NCBI GenBank assembly: GCA_965247095.1
Contig: OZ251997.1
Location: 1,152,001-1,216,000 of the forward strand
Origin: Candidatus Multivorans sp.
GTDB lineage: Bacteria; Acidobacteriota; Thermoanaerobaculia; Multivoradales; Multivoraceae
Length of the DNA: 64,000 nucleotides
Reading direction: 5' to 3'
The notes under the pieces were generated by a model. The model had not been told where the DNA came from. It made no database searches and saw nothing but the letters and a program-made list of their open reading frames with translations. Position 1 is the first letter of the stretch. Every line of letters begins with the position of its first letter. Position numbers and translations under genes: made by a program. This document shows, piece after piece, positions 10,253 to 20,101 of the stretch.

Positions 10253-12046
10253 CTACTCGCGGTGGACCGAGGCGTAGACCGAACGGGCGAGCTTGGCGCC
10301 CAGGACCTCCTGGAGCTGCTCCTCCGACGCCTGCGTCACCCCGGCGTAGCTGCCGAAGCGCCGCACCAGCAGCTTGCGCCGCTGCGGGCCGATGCCTCGC
10401 AGGTCGTCGAAACGGCTATGCAGAGTCCGCTTGGAGCGGCGGCGACGGTGGCGCGACACCGCGAACCGGTGCGCCTCGTCCCGCACCTGCTGGAGGACGC
10501 GCAGGCCGGAGTGATTCCGCTTCAACCGCAGTGGCGCCGGCCGCGCCGGGACGTAGATCTCCTCCTCCCGCTTTGCCAGACCAACCACCGGCGTCTCGTC
10601 GACGCCGAGTTCCGCCAGCGCCTCGAGCGCCGCGTTCAACTGGCCGCGTCCCCCGTCGATCAGGATCAGGTCCGGCATCTCGCCGACCTCCTCCAGCCGG
10701 CGCCGGTAGCGTCGTTCCACTGCCTGGCGGATCGATGCGAAGTCGTCGGCCTGTTCCAGGCCGCGGATGTTGAAGCTGCGGTACTGGTCCTTGGCCATTC
10801 GGCCGTCGCTCCAGACCACCAGGGAGGCGACGGTCTGGCTGCCGCCGAAGGTCGAGATGTCGAAGCCCTCGATCCGCCGCGGAGGATCTTCGAGGTCGAG
10901 TGCGCGCCGCAGCGCCTCGCCGGCCTCGCCGGCGGCGCCGGCGCCCCGGAACCGGCGGCGGAAGGCCATCGAGGCGTTCCGGCTGGCAAGCGCCACGCGC
11001 TGCGCCTTCTGTCCGCGCGAAGGCATGCGGAGGTAGACCTTCGACTCGCGACGCGCGCTCAACCACTCGACCAGCGCCTCCTCGCCCTCGATCGGCGCCG
11101 GCAGGTGGATCTCCTTGGGGATCAGGGTGGTCCGGTCGTAGAGCTGCGGCAGCAGCTCCGACAGCAACCGTTCGGCGGTGATCTTCGAAACGCCCTCCCA
11201 GAACAGCTCGCGGCGATCGAGCACCTGGCCCCCGCGCATGACCAGGACGACGACGGCCGCGTTGTCGCCGCTGATGTGGACGCCGAAGATGTCGACGTCC
11301 TCGCCCCGGTCCGAACTCAGCTTCCGGCGCTGGCTGATCGACGCAATCTCCTGCATCGTGTCGCGAAGACGGGCCGCGGTCTCGAACTCCAGATTGGCCG
11401 CGTGAGTCCGCATCCGGCCGCGCAGGTCTCGCAGCAGCTCGTCGTTCCTGCCGGCGAGAAAGAGACGCGCCTTCTCCACCGCCTCGGCATAGGCCTCGTC
11501 GCTGGTCAGGCCGTCGACGCAGGGCCCCAGGCAGCGTTTCATGTCGTAGTAGAGGCAGGGCCGCGGCAGGCTGCCGTCGATCTCGATCCGGCACACCCGG
11601 ATGCCGAACAGCTTCTGCGTCAGCTTGATCGCCTTGCGCGCCAGTCCGGCGGGCAGGTACGGACCGTAGTACTCCGCGCCGTCGCGGCGGACGCGCCGGG
11701 TGAAGGCGAGGCGCGGGTGGCCGTCGGCGAGGGTGAGCTTGAGGTACGGGTACGTCTTGTCGTCGCGCAGACGGATGTTGAACCGCGGCTGCCGGCGCTT
11801 GATCCAGTTGTTCTCGAACAGCAGGGCCTCGGCCTCCGAGTCCGTGACGACGAACTCGAGATCGGCCGCGTCCTCGAGCATCAGGGCGATGCGCGGATCT
11901 TCCGCCGGCCGGCGGTAGGTCGCACCCCGCTTGCGCAACGAGTTCGCCTTGCCGACGTAGAGCGCCTCGCCGGCCTCCGACTTGAAGATGTAGATCCCCG
12001 GCTGATCCGGAAGTTCCGCCAGCTTGCGGTCGAGGACCGGGTGCAT
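10253..12046 (-). CDS. uvrC: Excinuclease ABC subunit C
   Basis: LPDQPGIY...YVGKANSLR GIY-YIG domain, RIEGFDIS, LIDGGRGQL, RDEAHRFA. Confidence 0.98.
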   Translation of the reverse strand: MHPVLDRKLAELPDQPGIYIFKSEAGEALYVGKANSLRKRGATYRRPAEDPRIALMLEDAADLEFVVTDSEAEALLFENNWIKRRQPRFNIRLRDDKTYPYLKLTLADGHPRLAFTRRVRRDGAEYYGPYLPAGLARKAIKLTQKLFGIRVCRIEIDGSLPRPCLYYDMKRCLGPCVDGLTSDEAYAEAVEKARLFLAGRNDELLRDLRGRMRTHAANLEFETAARLRDTMQEIASISQRRKLSSDRGEDVDIFGVHISGDNAAVVVLVMRGGQVLDRRELFWEGVSKITAERLLSELLPQLYDRTTLIPKEIHLPAPIEGEEALVEWLSARRESKVYLRMPSRGQKAQRVALASRNASMAFRRRFRGAGAAGEAGEALRRALDLEDPPRRIEGFDISTFGGSQTVASLVVWSDGRMAKDQYRSFNIRGLEQADDFASIRQAVERRYRRRLEEVGEMPDLILIDGGRGQLNAALEALAELGVDETPVVGLAKREEEIYVPARPAPLRLKRNHSGLRVLQQVRDEAHRFAVSRHRRRRSKRTLHSRFDDLRGIGPQRRKLLVRRFGSYAGVTQASEEQLQEVLGAKLARSVYASVHRE

Positions 12047-14175
12047 CAGCCCATCACCTTCAGCTCGCGCAGCTCCTTCAGACGATCCCGCAGCACCGCG
12101 GCCTGCTCGAACTCCAACCGCCGGGAGGCCTGCTTCATCGCCTTCTCCAGGCGCGCGATGCGGCGTTCCAGGGGCATCTCGGGTACGTCCTCACGAAGCA
12201 GATCCTCCACGGCCGCCTCGGCTTCCGCCCCCGCCTTGTGCAGGTAGTCGAGGTTGCTCATCCGCACCAGCGGGCTGTCGACCTCCTTCAGGATGGACGC
12301 CGGCTCGATCCCGTGCTCCCGGTTGTAGCTGCCCTGGACCTCGCGCCGCCGCGACGTCTCCGCCAACGACCGTTCGATCGAGCCGGTGCGCCGGTCGGCA
12401 TAGAAGATGACCTTGCCGTTCAGGTTGCGGGCCGCCCGGCCCGCGGTCTGGATGAGGGACACCTCGCTGCGCAGGAAGCCCTCCTTGTCCGCGTCCAGAA
12501 TCGCGACCAGGGACACCTCGGGCAGATCCAGGCCCTCCCGCAGCAGGTTGATGCCGACCAGGATGTCGAAATCCCCGCGGCGCAGGCCAGCGGTGATCTC
12601 GATTCGCTCCAGGGTGACGATGTCGCTGTGCAGGTACTGGACCCTAAGCCCGAGCTCTGAGAGGTACTGGGTGAGCTCCTCCGCCATTCTCTTGGTCAGA
12701 GTGGTCACCAGGACACGCTCGCCGCGATCGATCACGGTGCGGGCCTCGGCGACCAGGTCGTCGATCTGGTTGGCGGCCGGACGGACATCGATCGGGGGAT
12801 CGAGCAGGCCCGTCGGACGAATGACCTGCTCCACCACGACGCCGCCGGTCCGCTCCAGTTCGAAGGGGCCGGGAGTGGCGGAGACGTAGATGCGCTGACC
12901 GCAGCGTTCCTCGAACTCGTCGAAGCGCAGCGGCCGGTTGTCCAGCGCGCTCGGCAGCCGGAAGCCGAACTCCACGAGGGTCTCCTTGCGCGCGCGGTCG
13001 CCACGGTACATCCCGCCCACCTGGGGAATCGTCTGATGGCTCTCGTCCACCACCAGCAGGAAGTCCTCGGGCAGGTAGTCCAGAAACGTCGGCGGGGCCT
13101 CGCCCGGCGCCCGCCCGGAGAGGTGGCGCGAGTAGTTCTCGATCCCGGCGCAGGAGCCGAGTTCCCCTAGCATCTCCAGGTCGTAGCGGGTGCGCTGCTC
13201 CAAACGCTGCATCTCGAGCAACCGGTTCTCCCCCTCGAGCACCGCCAGGTGTTTGCCCAGTTCCTCCTGGATGGAGGCGACCGCCCGCCGCATCCGCTCT
13301 TCCGGCGTCACGTACTGATTGCGAGGAAAGACCGGCATCCGGTCGACCTCCTCGAGTACCCGGCCGCTGATCACGTCGAAGCGGCAGATGCGGTCGACTT
13401 CGTCGCCGAAGTACTCCACCCGGATGCCGCGATCGTCGTAGGCGGGGAGGATCTCCAGCACGTCGCCGCGCACCCGGAAGCTGCCGTGAAAGAGGTCGAG
13501 CCGGGTGCGTTCGTACTGCATCTCGACCAGCTTCCGCAGTGCGCGTTCCATCGGCAGTTCCTTCCCCTGCTCGAAGAACTGAAGCATGGAGAAGAACACC
13601 TCCGGCGCTCCCAGGCCGTAGATGCAGGAGACCGAAGCCACGATCAGCACGTCGCGGCGCTCGAACGGCGAGATCGTGGCGCGCAGGCGCAAGCGGTCGA
13701 TCTCGTCGTTGATGCTGGTTTCCTTCTCGATATAGGTATCGGACTGCGGGACGTAGGCCTCCGGCTGGTAGTAGTCGTAGTAGGAGACGAAGTACTCGAC
13801 CGCATTGTTGGGAAAGAACCGCTTGAACTCCTGGTAGAGCTGCGCGGCCAGGGTCTTGTTGTGCGACAACACGAGGGTCGGCCGGTTCACCGCCTCGACG
13901 ACCTTCGCCACGGTGTAGGTCTTGCCGGAGCCGGTCACCCCGAGCAGCACCTGCTCGCCAACACCTGCTTGGAGGCCTGCCACCAACTCCGCAATCGCCT
14001 CGGGCTGATCGCCCGTCGGCTCGAACGGCGAGATGAGTTCGAAACGTCCTCCGCGTGACCCGCGCCAGCGATCCGACGGGCCGGCTTCCGCGCCGGGCGC
14101 CGTAGCTTTGGGCCCGTTCGCCGGCTCGAGGCCCCGATGCAAGTCAGACCTCCGGGCTAGCGCTGGAAGCCGCAA
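12046..14175 (-). CDS. uvrB: Excinuclease ABC subunit B
   Basis: [38 protein letters not shown]; start uncertain. Confidence 0.98.
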   Translation of the reverse strand: MRLPALARRSDLHRGLEPANGPKATAPGAEAGPSDRWRGSRGGRFELISPFEPTGDQPEAIAELVAGLQAGVGEQVLLGVTGSGKTYTVAKVVEAVNRPTLVLSHNKTLAAQLYQEFKRFFPNNAVEYFVSYYDYYQPEAYVPQSDTYIEKETSINDEIDRLRLRATISPFERRDVLIVASVSCIYGLGAPEVFFSMLQFFEQGKELPMERALRKLVEMQYERTRLDLFHGSFRVRGDVLEILPAYDDRGIRVEYFGDEVDRICRFDVISGRVLEEVDRMPVFPRNQYVTPEERMRRAVASIQEELGKHLAVLEGENRLLEMQRLEQRTRYDLEMLGELGSCAGIENYSRHLSGRAPGEAPPTFLDYLPEDFLLVVDESHQTIPQVGGMYRGDRARKETLVEFGFRLPSALDNRPLRFDEFEERCGQRIYVSATPGPFELERTGGVVVEQVIRPTGLLDPPIDVRPAANQIDDLVAEARTVIDRGERVLVTTLTKRMAEELTQYLSELGLRVQYLHSDIVTLERIEITAGLRRGDFDILVGINLLREGLDLPEVSLVAILDADKEGFLRSEVSLIQTAGRAARNLNGKVIFYADRRTGSIERSLAETSRRREVQGSYNREHGIEPASILKEVDSPLVRMSNLDYLHKAGAEAEAAVEDLLREDVPEMPLERRIARLEKAMKQASRRLEFEQAAVLRDRLKELRELKVMG

Positions 14176-14617
14176 TCCGCTCGAGACGCTCGGTCAGGCG
14201 GCGCAGATCGTCGCGGTCGAGGAGCCCCCGCTCTGCCCGCCGCAGCGCGTCGGTGAGCGCCATCTGCAACCGCCGGTTGTCGGCCGGCGTCGCCGGACGG
14301 GTCTTGTAGCGCTCGAGCACGGAATCAAACGCCCGGTCCAGACGGTTGCGCTCTTCCGACGTGATGTCCTCAGGCAGTTCCTCCATGATCCGCTCGCGAC
14401 CGAAGTCCAATACGAACTCGAGCAGTTCGTCGGCCTGGGTCAGGGCAACCACCAGCCCGACCACCAGGAGAACCACGAGCAGTCCGCATCCGGCCAGGCC
14501 CGCGATCAGACAGCCGCGCCGCGTCCGGCCAGGATCCCGCGGCCGCGCAGGCGACGGCTCGGGGAAGGGTTCCGGCAGTGGCGGCAGGCCGCGCGGCTCG
14601 TTGGCTTCGGAAGTCAT
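14144..14617 (-). CDS. Hypothetical single-TM membrane protein
   Basis: Pro-rich N-terminus, [21 protein letters not shown] segment, helical C-terminus; co-oriented with uvrB. Confidence 0.7.
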   Translation of the reverse strand: MTSEANEPRGLPPLPEPFPEPSPARPRDPGRTRRGCLIAGLAGCGLLVVLLVVGLVVALTQADELLEFVLDFGRERIMEELPEDITSEERNRLDRAFDSVLERYKTRPATPADNRRLQMALTDALRRAERGLLDRDDLRRLTERLERIAASSASPEV

Positions 14618-14640
14618 GAGTCGGGCCGTATGATACGCGC

Positions 14641-17124
14641 GTGATGAAGGCGCCGCGGAACGCCCTGGAACCCGTGCTTGCGTGGAGCTTGCGGCATTGG
14701 CGGTGGCTTGCGCCGATCGTCGCGACCCCGGTCGCGGGGGTCCTGCTGGGAATCGGCGTCGCGGCGGCGATCGATCTGCCGCAGGTGGAGACCATCTCCG
14801 AGTTGATTCCCAGCCAGATCACCCGGCTCCGGGACCGCCGGAACGAGGTCTTCCGGAGCTACTCCGTCGAGAAGCGAATCATGCTCGCCGAAGGCGAGGT
14901 GCCGGAGATCTTCGAGCGCGTGCTCCTGACCGCGGAGGACCGGAACTTCTACTCCCACGCCGGCTTCGACATCACCGGCGTGGCGCGCGCCACGGTGCAG
15001 AACTGGCGGCGGGGCGAGAGGTTCTCGGGCGCGTCGACGATCACCATGCAGGTGGCGCGAACGCTCTATCTCAACCGCGCCAAGGTCTGGAGCCGGAAGA
15101 TCCGGGAGACCCTGTTCGCCGTCGAGCTCGAGAAACGCCTGAGCAAGCAGCAGATCCTGACCCACTACTGCAACCTGACCTACTTCGGCCACGGCAACTA
15201 CGGCCTCGAATCCGCTGCCCGCTACTACTTCGGCAAACCGGCGGCCGCACTGGACCACGTCGAATCCGCCACCCTGGTGGCGATCCTGCCGGGCCCGAGC
15301 GTGTGGACGCCGTATCTGCGCCCCGAGGTTGTGCGCAGCCGCCGCAACGCGATCCTCCGGGTCGTGGCCGACCGAGGCGTGATCACGAGGCAGCAGGCCG
15401 AGGAGGCGGCGACGCTGCCGTTGAACGTGGTCAAGCAGCGCGAGGCGAAGCCGGTGGCCCCGTACTTCGCTGAACGGGTTCGCGTCGACCTCTACCGCAC
15501 CTACGGCCAGAAGGCCCTCTACGAGCGGGGCCTGCAGGTGAGGACGACCCTGGACCCCCGGATGCAGGACGCCGCGGAGCAGGCGCTGCGCGGGGGTCTG
15601 GTTCGGATCGACCGGCTGGGCGGCTACCGTGGGCCGGCGTCACGAGTCGACCAGGACGATCTCGAGGCGGAGGACCTCGCCGAGACGGTTGGGGGTCTTC
15701 TCGCCGACTGGGTCGGATTCGAACCGGAGGTCGGCGCGTGGGCGCCCGGCCTCGTCCTCCGGCGCGGCCGGCGCGAGGCGGAGATCCGGATCGGCGAGCA
15801 CCGCTTCGTGCTCCATCCCGAGGGATACGCGTGGACCCGGCGCGACGCGCCGCCCCTGGAGCGGGGCGACATCGCCTGGTTCGAACTCCGTGCCCCCGGA
15901 GAGGCCGAGGCGGAGGGCGGAACCGATGCCGGGCAGGCCTTTGCGCTCGAGCTCGTCCAGGCGCCGATCGTCGAGGGCGCCGCGCTGCTGCTCGAGTCGG
16001 CGACCGGCGCGGTGCGGGCGATGGTTGGCGGCTGGGACTACAAGAGGAGCGAGTTCAACCGCGCCGTCCAGGCCCGGCGCCAGGTCGGTTCGCTCTTCAA
16101 GCCCCTCGTCTTCGGCGCCGCGTTCGAGCACGGCTTCACTCCCGCCGACACCCTCTTCGATGCGCCGGCGGTGTTCGTGGGCGTCGACAACCTCCCGAAC
16201 TACAGCCCCCGCAACTACTACCGCAAGTACCTCGGCATCCTGACGCTGCGCAAGGCGCTCGAGAAGTCGATCAACGTCACGTCGGTCAAGCTCCAGGACG
16301 TCGTCGGCGCCGACCGGGTGGTCGACTTCGCCTACCGGACCGGCATCCGTTCACCGCTGCCGCCGTATCCGAGCCTGGCCCTGGGCGCCGCCGACCTGAG
16401 CCTGCTCGAGGTGGCCACCGCGTACGCCACGATGGCCAACCTGGGGATCCACGTCGAGCCGTACATGATCGAGAGCGTCGCGACCCGGGACGGCCGCGAG
16501 CTCGAGGCCCACGTGCCCCAGGCGTCGACCGTGCTGACCCCGGAAGTCGCTTACCTGCTGACCCACGTGCTCTCCGGCGTGGTCCAGCGCGGAACCGCCC
16601 AGTCGGCGAAGAGCCTCGGTCTTGCCGCGGTTGCCGGCAAGACCGGCACCACGGACGGCTTCACCGACGCCTGGTTCGCCGGCTACACGCCCCGGTACAC
16701 GCTCGTGGTCTGGGTCGGCTACGACCAGCAGCAGCGCATCGGCCGCAACATGACCGGCGCCGCCGCGGCCCTGCCGATCTGGAACGAGATCATGCGCCAG
16801 GGGGTCGAGGACGGCTGGATCGATCCGCGCGAGACCTTCACCCGACCCAACCAGGTAAACCTGGCGCGGATCGAGTACAACTCCGGCCTGCGCCCGGCGC
16901 GTCGCCCCGTGGAACAGCACCTGATCGATGAAGCGTTCATCGCCGGCACCGAGCCGGTGCTTTCCTTCGACCCCGACACGCGACCCATCTACGACCTGCC
17001 GTGGTACCAGCAGCGGGCCCTGTACGGCGAGCCGAAGGTCGGCGAGAACATGCCCGAGGACGTCACCGACTGGTCTCTGGTCCGGGACTCCTGGAAGGAA
17101 GACGAGGAAGAAGAAGGGTCCTGA
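14641..17124 (+). CDS. mrcA: Class A penicillin-binding protein 1A
   Basis: EDRNFYSH, GASTITMQ, RKIRE glycosyltransferase motifs; SLFK, SIN, KTG transpeptidase motifs. Confidence 0.95.
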   Translation: MMKAPRNALEPVLAWSLRHWRWLAPIVATPVAGVLLGIGVAAAIDLPQVETISELIPSQITRLRDRRNEVFRSYSVEKRIMLAEGEVPEIFERVLLTAEDRNFYSHAGFDITGVARATVQNWRRGERFSGASTITMQVARTLYLNRAKVWSRKIRETLFAVELEKRLSKQQILTHYCNLTYFGHGNYGLESAARYYFGKPAAALDHVESATLVAILPGPSVWTPYLRPEVVRSRRNAILRVVADRGVITRQQAEEAATLPLNVVKQREAKPVAPYFAERVRVDLYRTYGQKALYERGLQVRTTLDPRMQDAAEQALRGGLVRIDRLGGYRGPASRVDQDDLEAEDLAETVGGLLADWVGFEPEVGAWAPGLVLRRGRREAEIRIGEHRFVLHPEGYAWTRRDAPPLERGDIAWFELRAPGEAEAEGGTDAGQAFALELVQAPIVEGAALLLESATGAVRAMVGGWDYKRSEFNRAVQARRQVGSLFKPLVFGAAFEHGFTPADTLFDAPAVFVGVDNLPNYSPRNYYRKYLGILTLRKALEKSINVTSVKLQDVVGADRVVDFAYRTGIRSPLPPYPSLALGAADLSLLEVATAYATMANLGIHVEPYMIESVATRDGRELEAHVPQASTVLTPEVAYLLTHVLSGVVQRGTAQSAKSLGLAAVAGKTGTTDGFTDAWFAGYTPRYTLVVWVGYDQQQRIGRNMTGAAAALPIWNEIMRQGVEDGWIDPRETFTRPNQVNLARIEYNSGLRPARRPVEQHLIDEAFIAGTEPVLSFDPDTRPIYDLPWYQQRALYGEPKVGENMPEDVTDWSLVRDSWKEDEEEEGS

Positions 17125-17125
17125 C

Positions 17126-20101
17126 TTGCAGCAGAACCGAGAGGCGCTTTCTGAGTCGGGCAGCTCAAAGTCACGGAACCTCCGACGGCGCACCGGCCTC
17201 GGCCGTGGTGTCCTCGCGATCGCCGGCCTGAGCAGCCTCGCGCTGGCCCAGCCCACTTACGACCTGCTTCGCCGAACGCCCGAGTTCTTTGTCCTTCGGA
17301 ACCTCTCGATGGGCGACCTCCTGGTCCTGGCCGCCCTGCTCGGGATCGTGCCGGCGCTCCTCCTCTCGGCGCCGGCCGCTGCGGCCCAGTTTCTCCGGCC
17401 GGCTTGGGTGCGACCGGCGGTAGCGGCGCCCGCCGGCCTGCTCACCGGAGTGATTGCGCTGCAGGCGGCCCGTGGTCTCCCGGCGGTCCCCGCCACGACC
17501 CTGGCCGTGCTCGCCTGCGCCGGTGTCGTTTGGGCCTACGTTCGCTCTCCGGCAGTCCGTTTCTTCGGCCTTCTGCTGTCGGGCGCCACGATCCTCGTGC
17601 CGACGATCCTGCTGGTGGACGGCGATGTCCGCCGCGTCGTCGACAACTCACGCCAGCCGGTCGCGGTCGACGGCGCCGGCGCAAGGGCGCCGATCGTTCT
17701 GGTGGTTTTCGACGAGTGGTCGGTGATCTCGATTCTCGACTCCGATGGCAGGATCGACCGGGACCGCTTTCCCAACCTGGCCCGGTTCGCCGACCGCGCC
17801 ACCTGGTACCCGAACGCAACCGCCGCCTCGAACATGACGACACACGCGGTGCCGGCGATGCTGACCGGCTTGATGCCCGAGCGGGGGCGGCTACCGATCG
17901 CGGCAGATCACCCGGTCAACCTGTTCACCCTGCTCGGCGCGAGCCATGACATCTTCGCCATCGAGACGTCCACCGCCCTCTGCCCACCAGACCTGAACCT
18001 GCTGCAGAGGCAACGTCCTTCCTTCTCCCAACGTTTCGGTCTGTTGATCGCCGATCTCAGCGTCGTGTGGCTCCGACTGACGCTGCCGAAGGCATGGGCG
18101 GAGCGGCTCCCTCCGGTCACCGAAGCATGGAGCGGATTCAACTGGGGCGGATCGGGAGCGATGGCGCCGGCAGCGAGCGATCAACTGGAGCGAGCGAGGT
18201 CCCATGCCCGAGGCGCCGAACGGGTAACCGACTATCGTCGCTTCCTCGACTCGATTGGAGCACCGGCGCGACGTCCACCCCTGTACTTCGTGCACACGTT
18301 GCTCCCTCATGCTCCCTGGCAGCATCTACCGTCCGGCCGGCCGTACCCGCTTACGAGGTTCCGCGGTCTCGACGAAGGGAACTGGACGACGGATCGCTGG
18401 GCGGTTCGCCATCATTGGAAGCGCTACCTGCTGCAGGTCGAGTTCATGGACCGACTGATCGGTGAGCTGATGACCAGACTGGAGTCCAACGATCTGTTCG
18501 ATCAGAGCCTCATCGCAATCACCGCGGACCACGGCCTTTCCTTTCAGCCCGGCAGGTCGCGACGGCTCCCGGACCCAACCGACGCTTCCGGCAGTCAGGT
18601 CCTCGACCTGGTCGCGGTACCCCTGATCATCAAGGCTCCGTTCCAGGACCGGGCACAGATCGACGACAGCCCGGTCTCGCTGGTGGACCTGACACCGCGC
18701 ATACTCGAACTCGCGGGGGCGAACATTTGGACCGCGCCGCGCCGGACTACGAGCAACGCCGAACCTCTGCTGTTCGGCCGCCACGCGGACAGAATTGAGA
18801 TTCCGGCCGACCGCGCTCCCTGGCGTCGCGCCCGACTCGCGGAGCAGCGCGAGTTGCTGGGTGAGTCGAACGACGCGATGGCGATCGGGACAGTACCCGA
18901 GTTGTACGGCCGGCCGCTCTCCGAACTGCCGCTACGCGGCGGCAACGTGCGCGTTCTACTCGATTCCGCCGACCAGTGGAACGATGTCGACGTAGAGGCG
19001 ACGATGTTGCCAGCGCTGGTCGAAGCCGCCTTCTTGGATCACGATCCCCCTGCCGACCGCTCCGTCGTCGTGGCGCTCAACGGCATCGTGGCGGATTCGG
19101 TTCGCCCTCAACGTCGCCCGTCCGGCAGGAGCGGTTTCACGGCAGTGCTTCCCGAAACCCTGTTCCGACCTGGCCGCAACCAGATCGAGCTCTTCCTGGT
19201 CTCGGATCGGGAAGACAGACTGGAACTCGAACGCCTCCAACCTCCGCAGGCCTTCGACTACAGGGCGGATCCCGAGTACCTCTATGAGGTGCACCGGGAC
19301 AGTGCGGGCAGGATCAAGGAACTGCGTCGTCGTCCCGCCAGCGAACCGGCCCTGGCCTCCGAGACGTTTCCCGTGCGTCCGAATTCTCGTCAACTGCGCG
19401 GACACCTGGAGGCGACCGTGCCCCAGCGGTCCGCTGCGATGGGAAGGCGTCGGCACTTTCAACTCAGTGGCTGGGGGTTCGACCGGGCCAACCCCGGGCA
19501 GCCCAACACGGTGGTCACCATCGTCGGAGGCGCCGACGTGAGAGCCTTCACCGGACCCGCGCTCAAGTACGACTCCTTCTCGCTTCGACTCGAGGTGGAT
19601 CGGCACCTCGTCGAGCGGGAGGGCATCGTGGCCTTCGCCGTCGGTCACCGGGGCGTAGCCACTCGACTCCGCTTCTCCTACCAGGCCCTGGAGCGTGAGA
19701 GCGGCAGCAGCGAAATCCTGCCCATTTCAGACGGTCGCCGGCTAGTGGTGCAGCCCACCGGAAACGGTTTCGACGGCGCGGTCGACTTGGTCGTCGCGGT
19801 CGGAACGGGTACCCGGGTCCACGGCTGGGCTGCTGATCTGGAGCGAGCCGAACCGCCGCGTCAGATCGCCGTCTATCGCGACGGCAAGTTCCTGACCACC
19901 CTTGGGCGCAGCAACCGCGAGCGCCCGGACGTGGCCAAGCACTTCGACGACCCCCGCCTCCTGCGGACCGGCTTCCGGGGCGAAGTCCTGGACCGGCCCC
20001 GTCCGTCGGTCTTCGCCCAGCGTCACAGGGTGTTCGCGGTGATGCAGCGGGGCGTGGCCGTGGAACTGCGGGTCCTCTCGCCTCCCGGTACCGGTCGTTG
20101 A
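17126..20101 (+). CDS. Membrane-anchored alkaline-phosphatase/sulfatase-superfamily hydrolase or transferase with long C-terminal extension
   Basis: About 5 N-terminal TMs; VVFDEW, NMTTHAVPAMLTG, HTLLPHAPW, ITADHG; start tentatively placed at TTG 17126, just after the PBP1A stop. Confidence 0.75.
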   Translation: MQQNREALSESGSSKSRNLRRRTGLGRGVLAIAGLSSLALAQPTYDLLRRTPEFFVLRNLSMGDLLVLAALLGIVPALLLSAPAAAAQFLRPAWVRPAVAAPAGLLTGVIALQAARGLPAVPATTLAVLACAGVVWAYVRSPAVRFFGLLLSGATILVPTILLVDGDVRRVVDNSRQPVAVDGAGARAPIVLVVFDEWSVISILDSDGRIDRDRFPNLARFADRATWYPNATAASNMTTHAVPAMLTGLMPERGRLPIAADHPVNLFTLLGASHDIFAIETSTALCPPDLNLLQRQRPSFSQRFGLLIADLSVVWLRLTLPKAWAERLPPVTEAWSGFNWGGSGAMAPAASDQLERARSHARGAERVTDYRRFLDSIGAPARRPPLYFVHTLLPHAPWQHLPSGRPYPLTRFRGLDEGNWTTDRWAVRHHWKRYLLQVEFMDRLIGELMTRLESNDLFDQSLIAITADHGLSFQPGRSRRLPDPTDASGSQVLDLVAVPLIIKAPFQDRAQIDDSPVSLVDLTPRILELAGANIWTAPRRTTSNAEPLLFGRHADRIEIPADRAPWRRARLAEQRELLGESNDAMAIGTVPELYGRPLSELPLRGGNVRVLLDSADQWNDVDVEATMLPALVEAAFLDHDPPADRSVVVALNGIVADSVRPQRRPSGRSGFTAVLPETLFRPGRNQIELFLVSDREDRLELERLQPPQAFDYRADPEYLYEVHRDSAGRIKELRRRPASEPALASETFPVRPNSRQLRGHLEATVPQRSAAMGRRRHFQLSGWGFDRANPGQPNTVVTIVGGADVRAFTGPALKYDSFSLRLEVDRHLVEREGIVAFAVGHRGVATRLRFSYQALERESGSSEILPISDGRRLVVQPTGNGFDGAVDLVVAVGTGTRVHGWAADLERAEPPRQIAVYRDGKFLTTLGRSNRERPDVAKHFDDPRLLRTGFRGEVLDRPRPSVFAQRHRVFAVMQRGVAVELRVLSPPGTGR

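Noticed and set aside
6681-10277. 1198-aa plus-strand ORF, and similar long ORFs at 10151, 22806, 25410, 33240 and 56659
   Set aside because: Antisense shadows of recG, uvrC, hppA, prs, mutS and dctM, expected from high-GC codon bias; no recognisable motifs
16928-17125. 197-nt overlap of the sulfatase-like ORF with PBP1A
   Set aside because: The upstream part is an off-frame reading of PBP1A; a start after the PBP1A stop is more plausible
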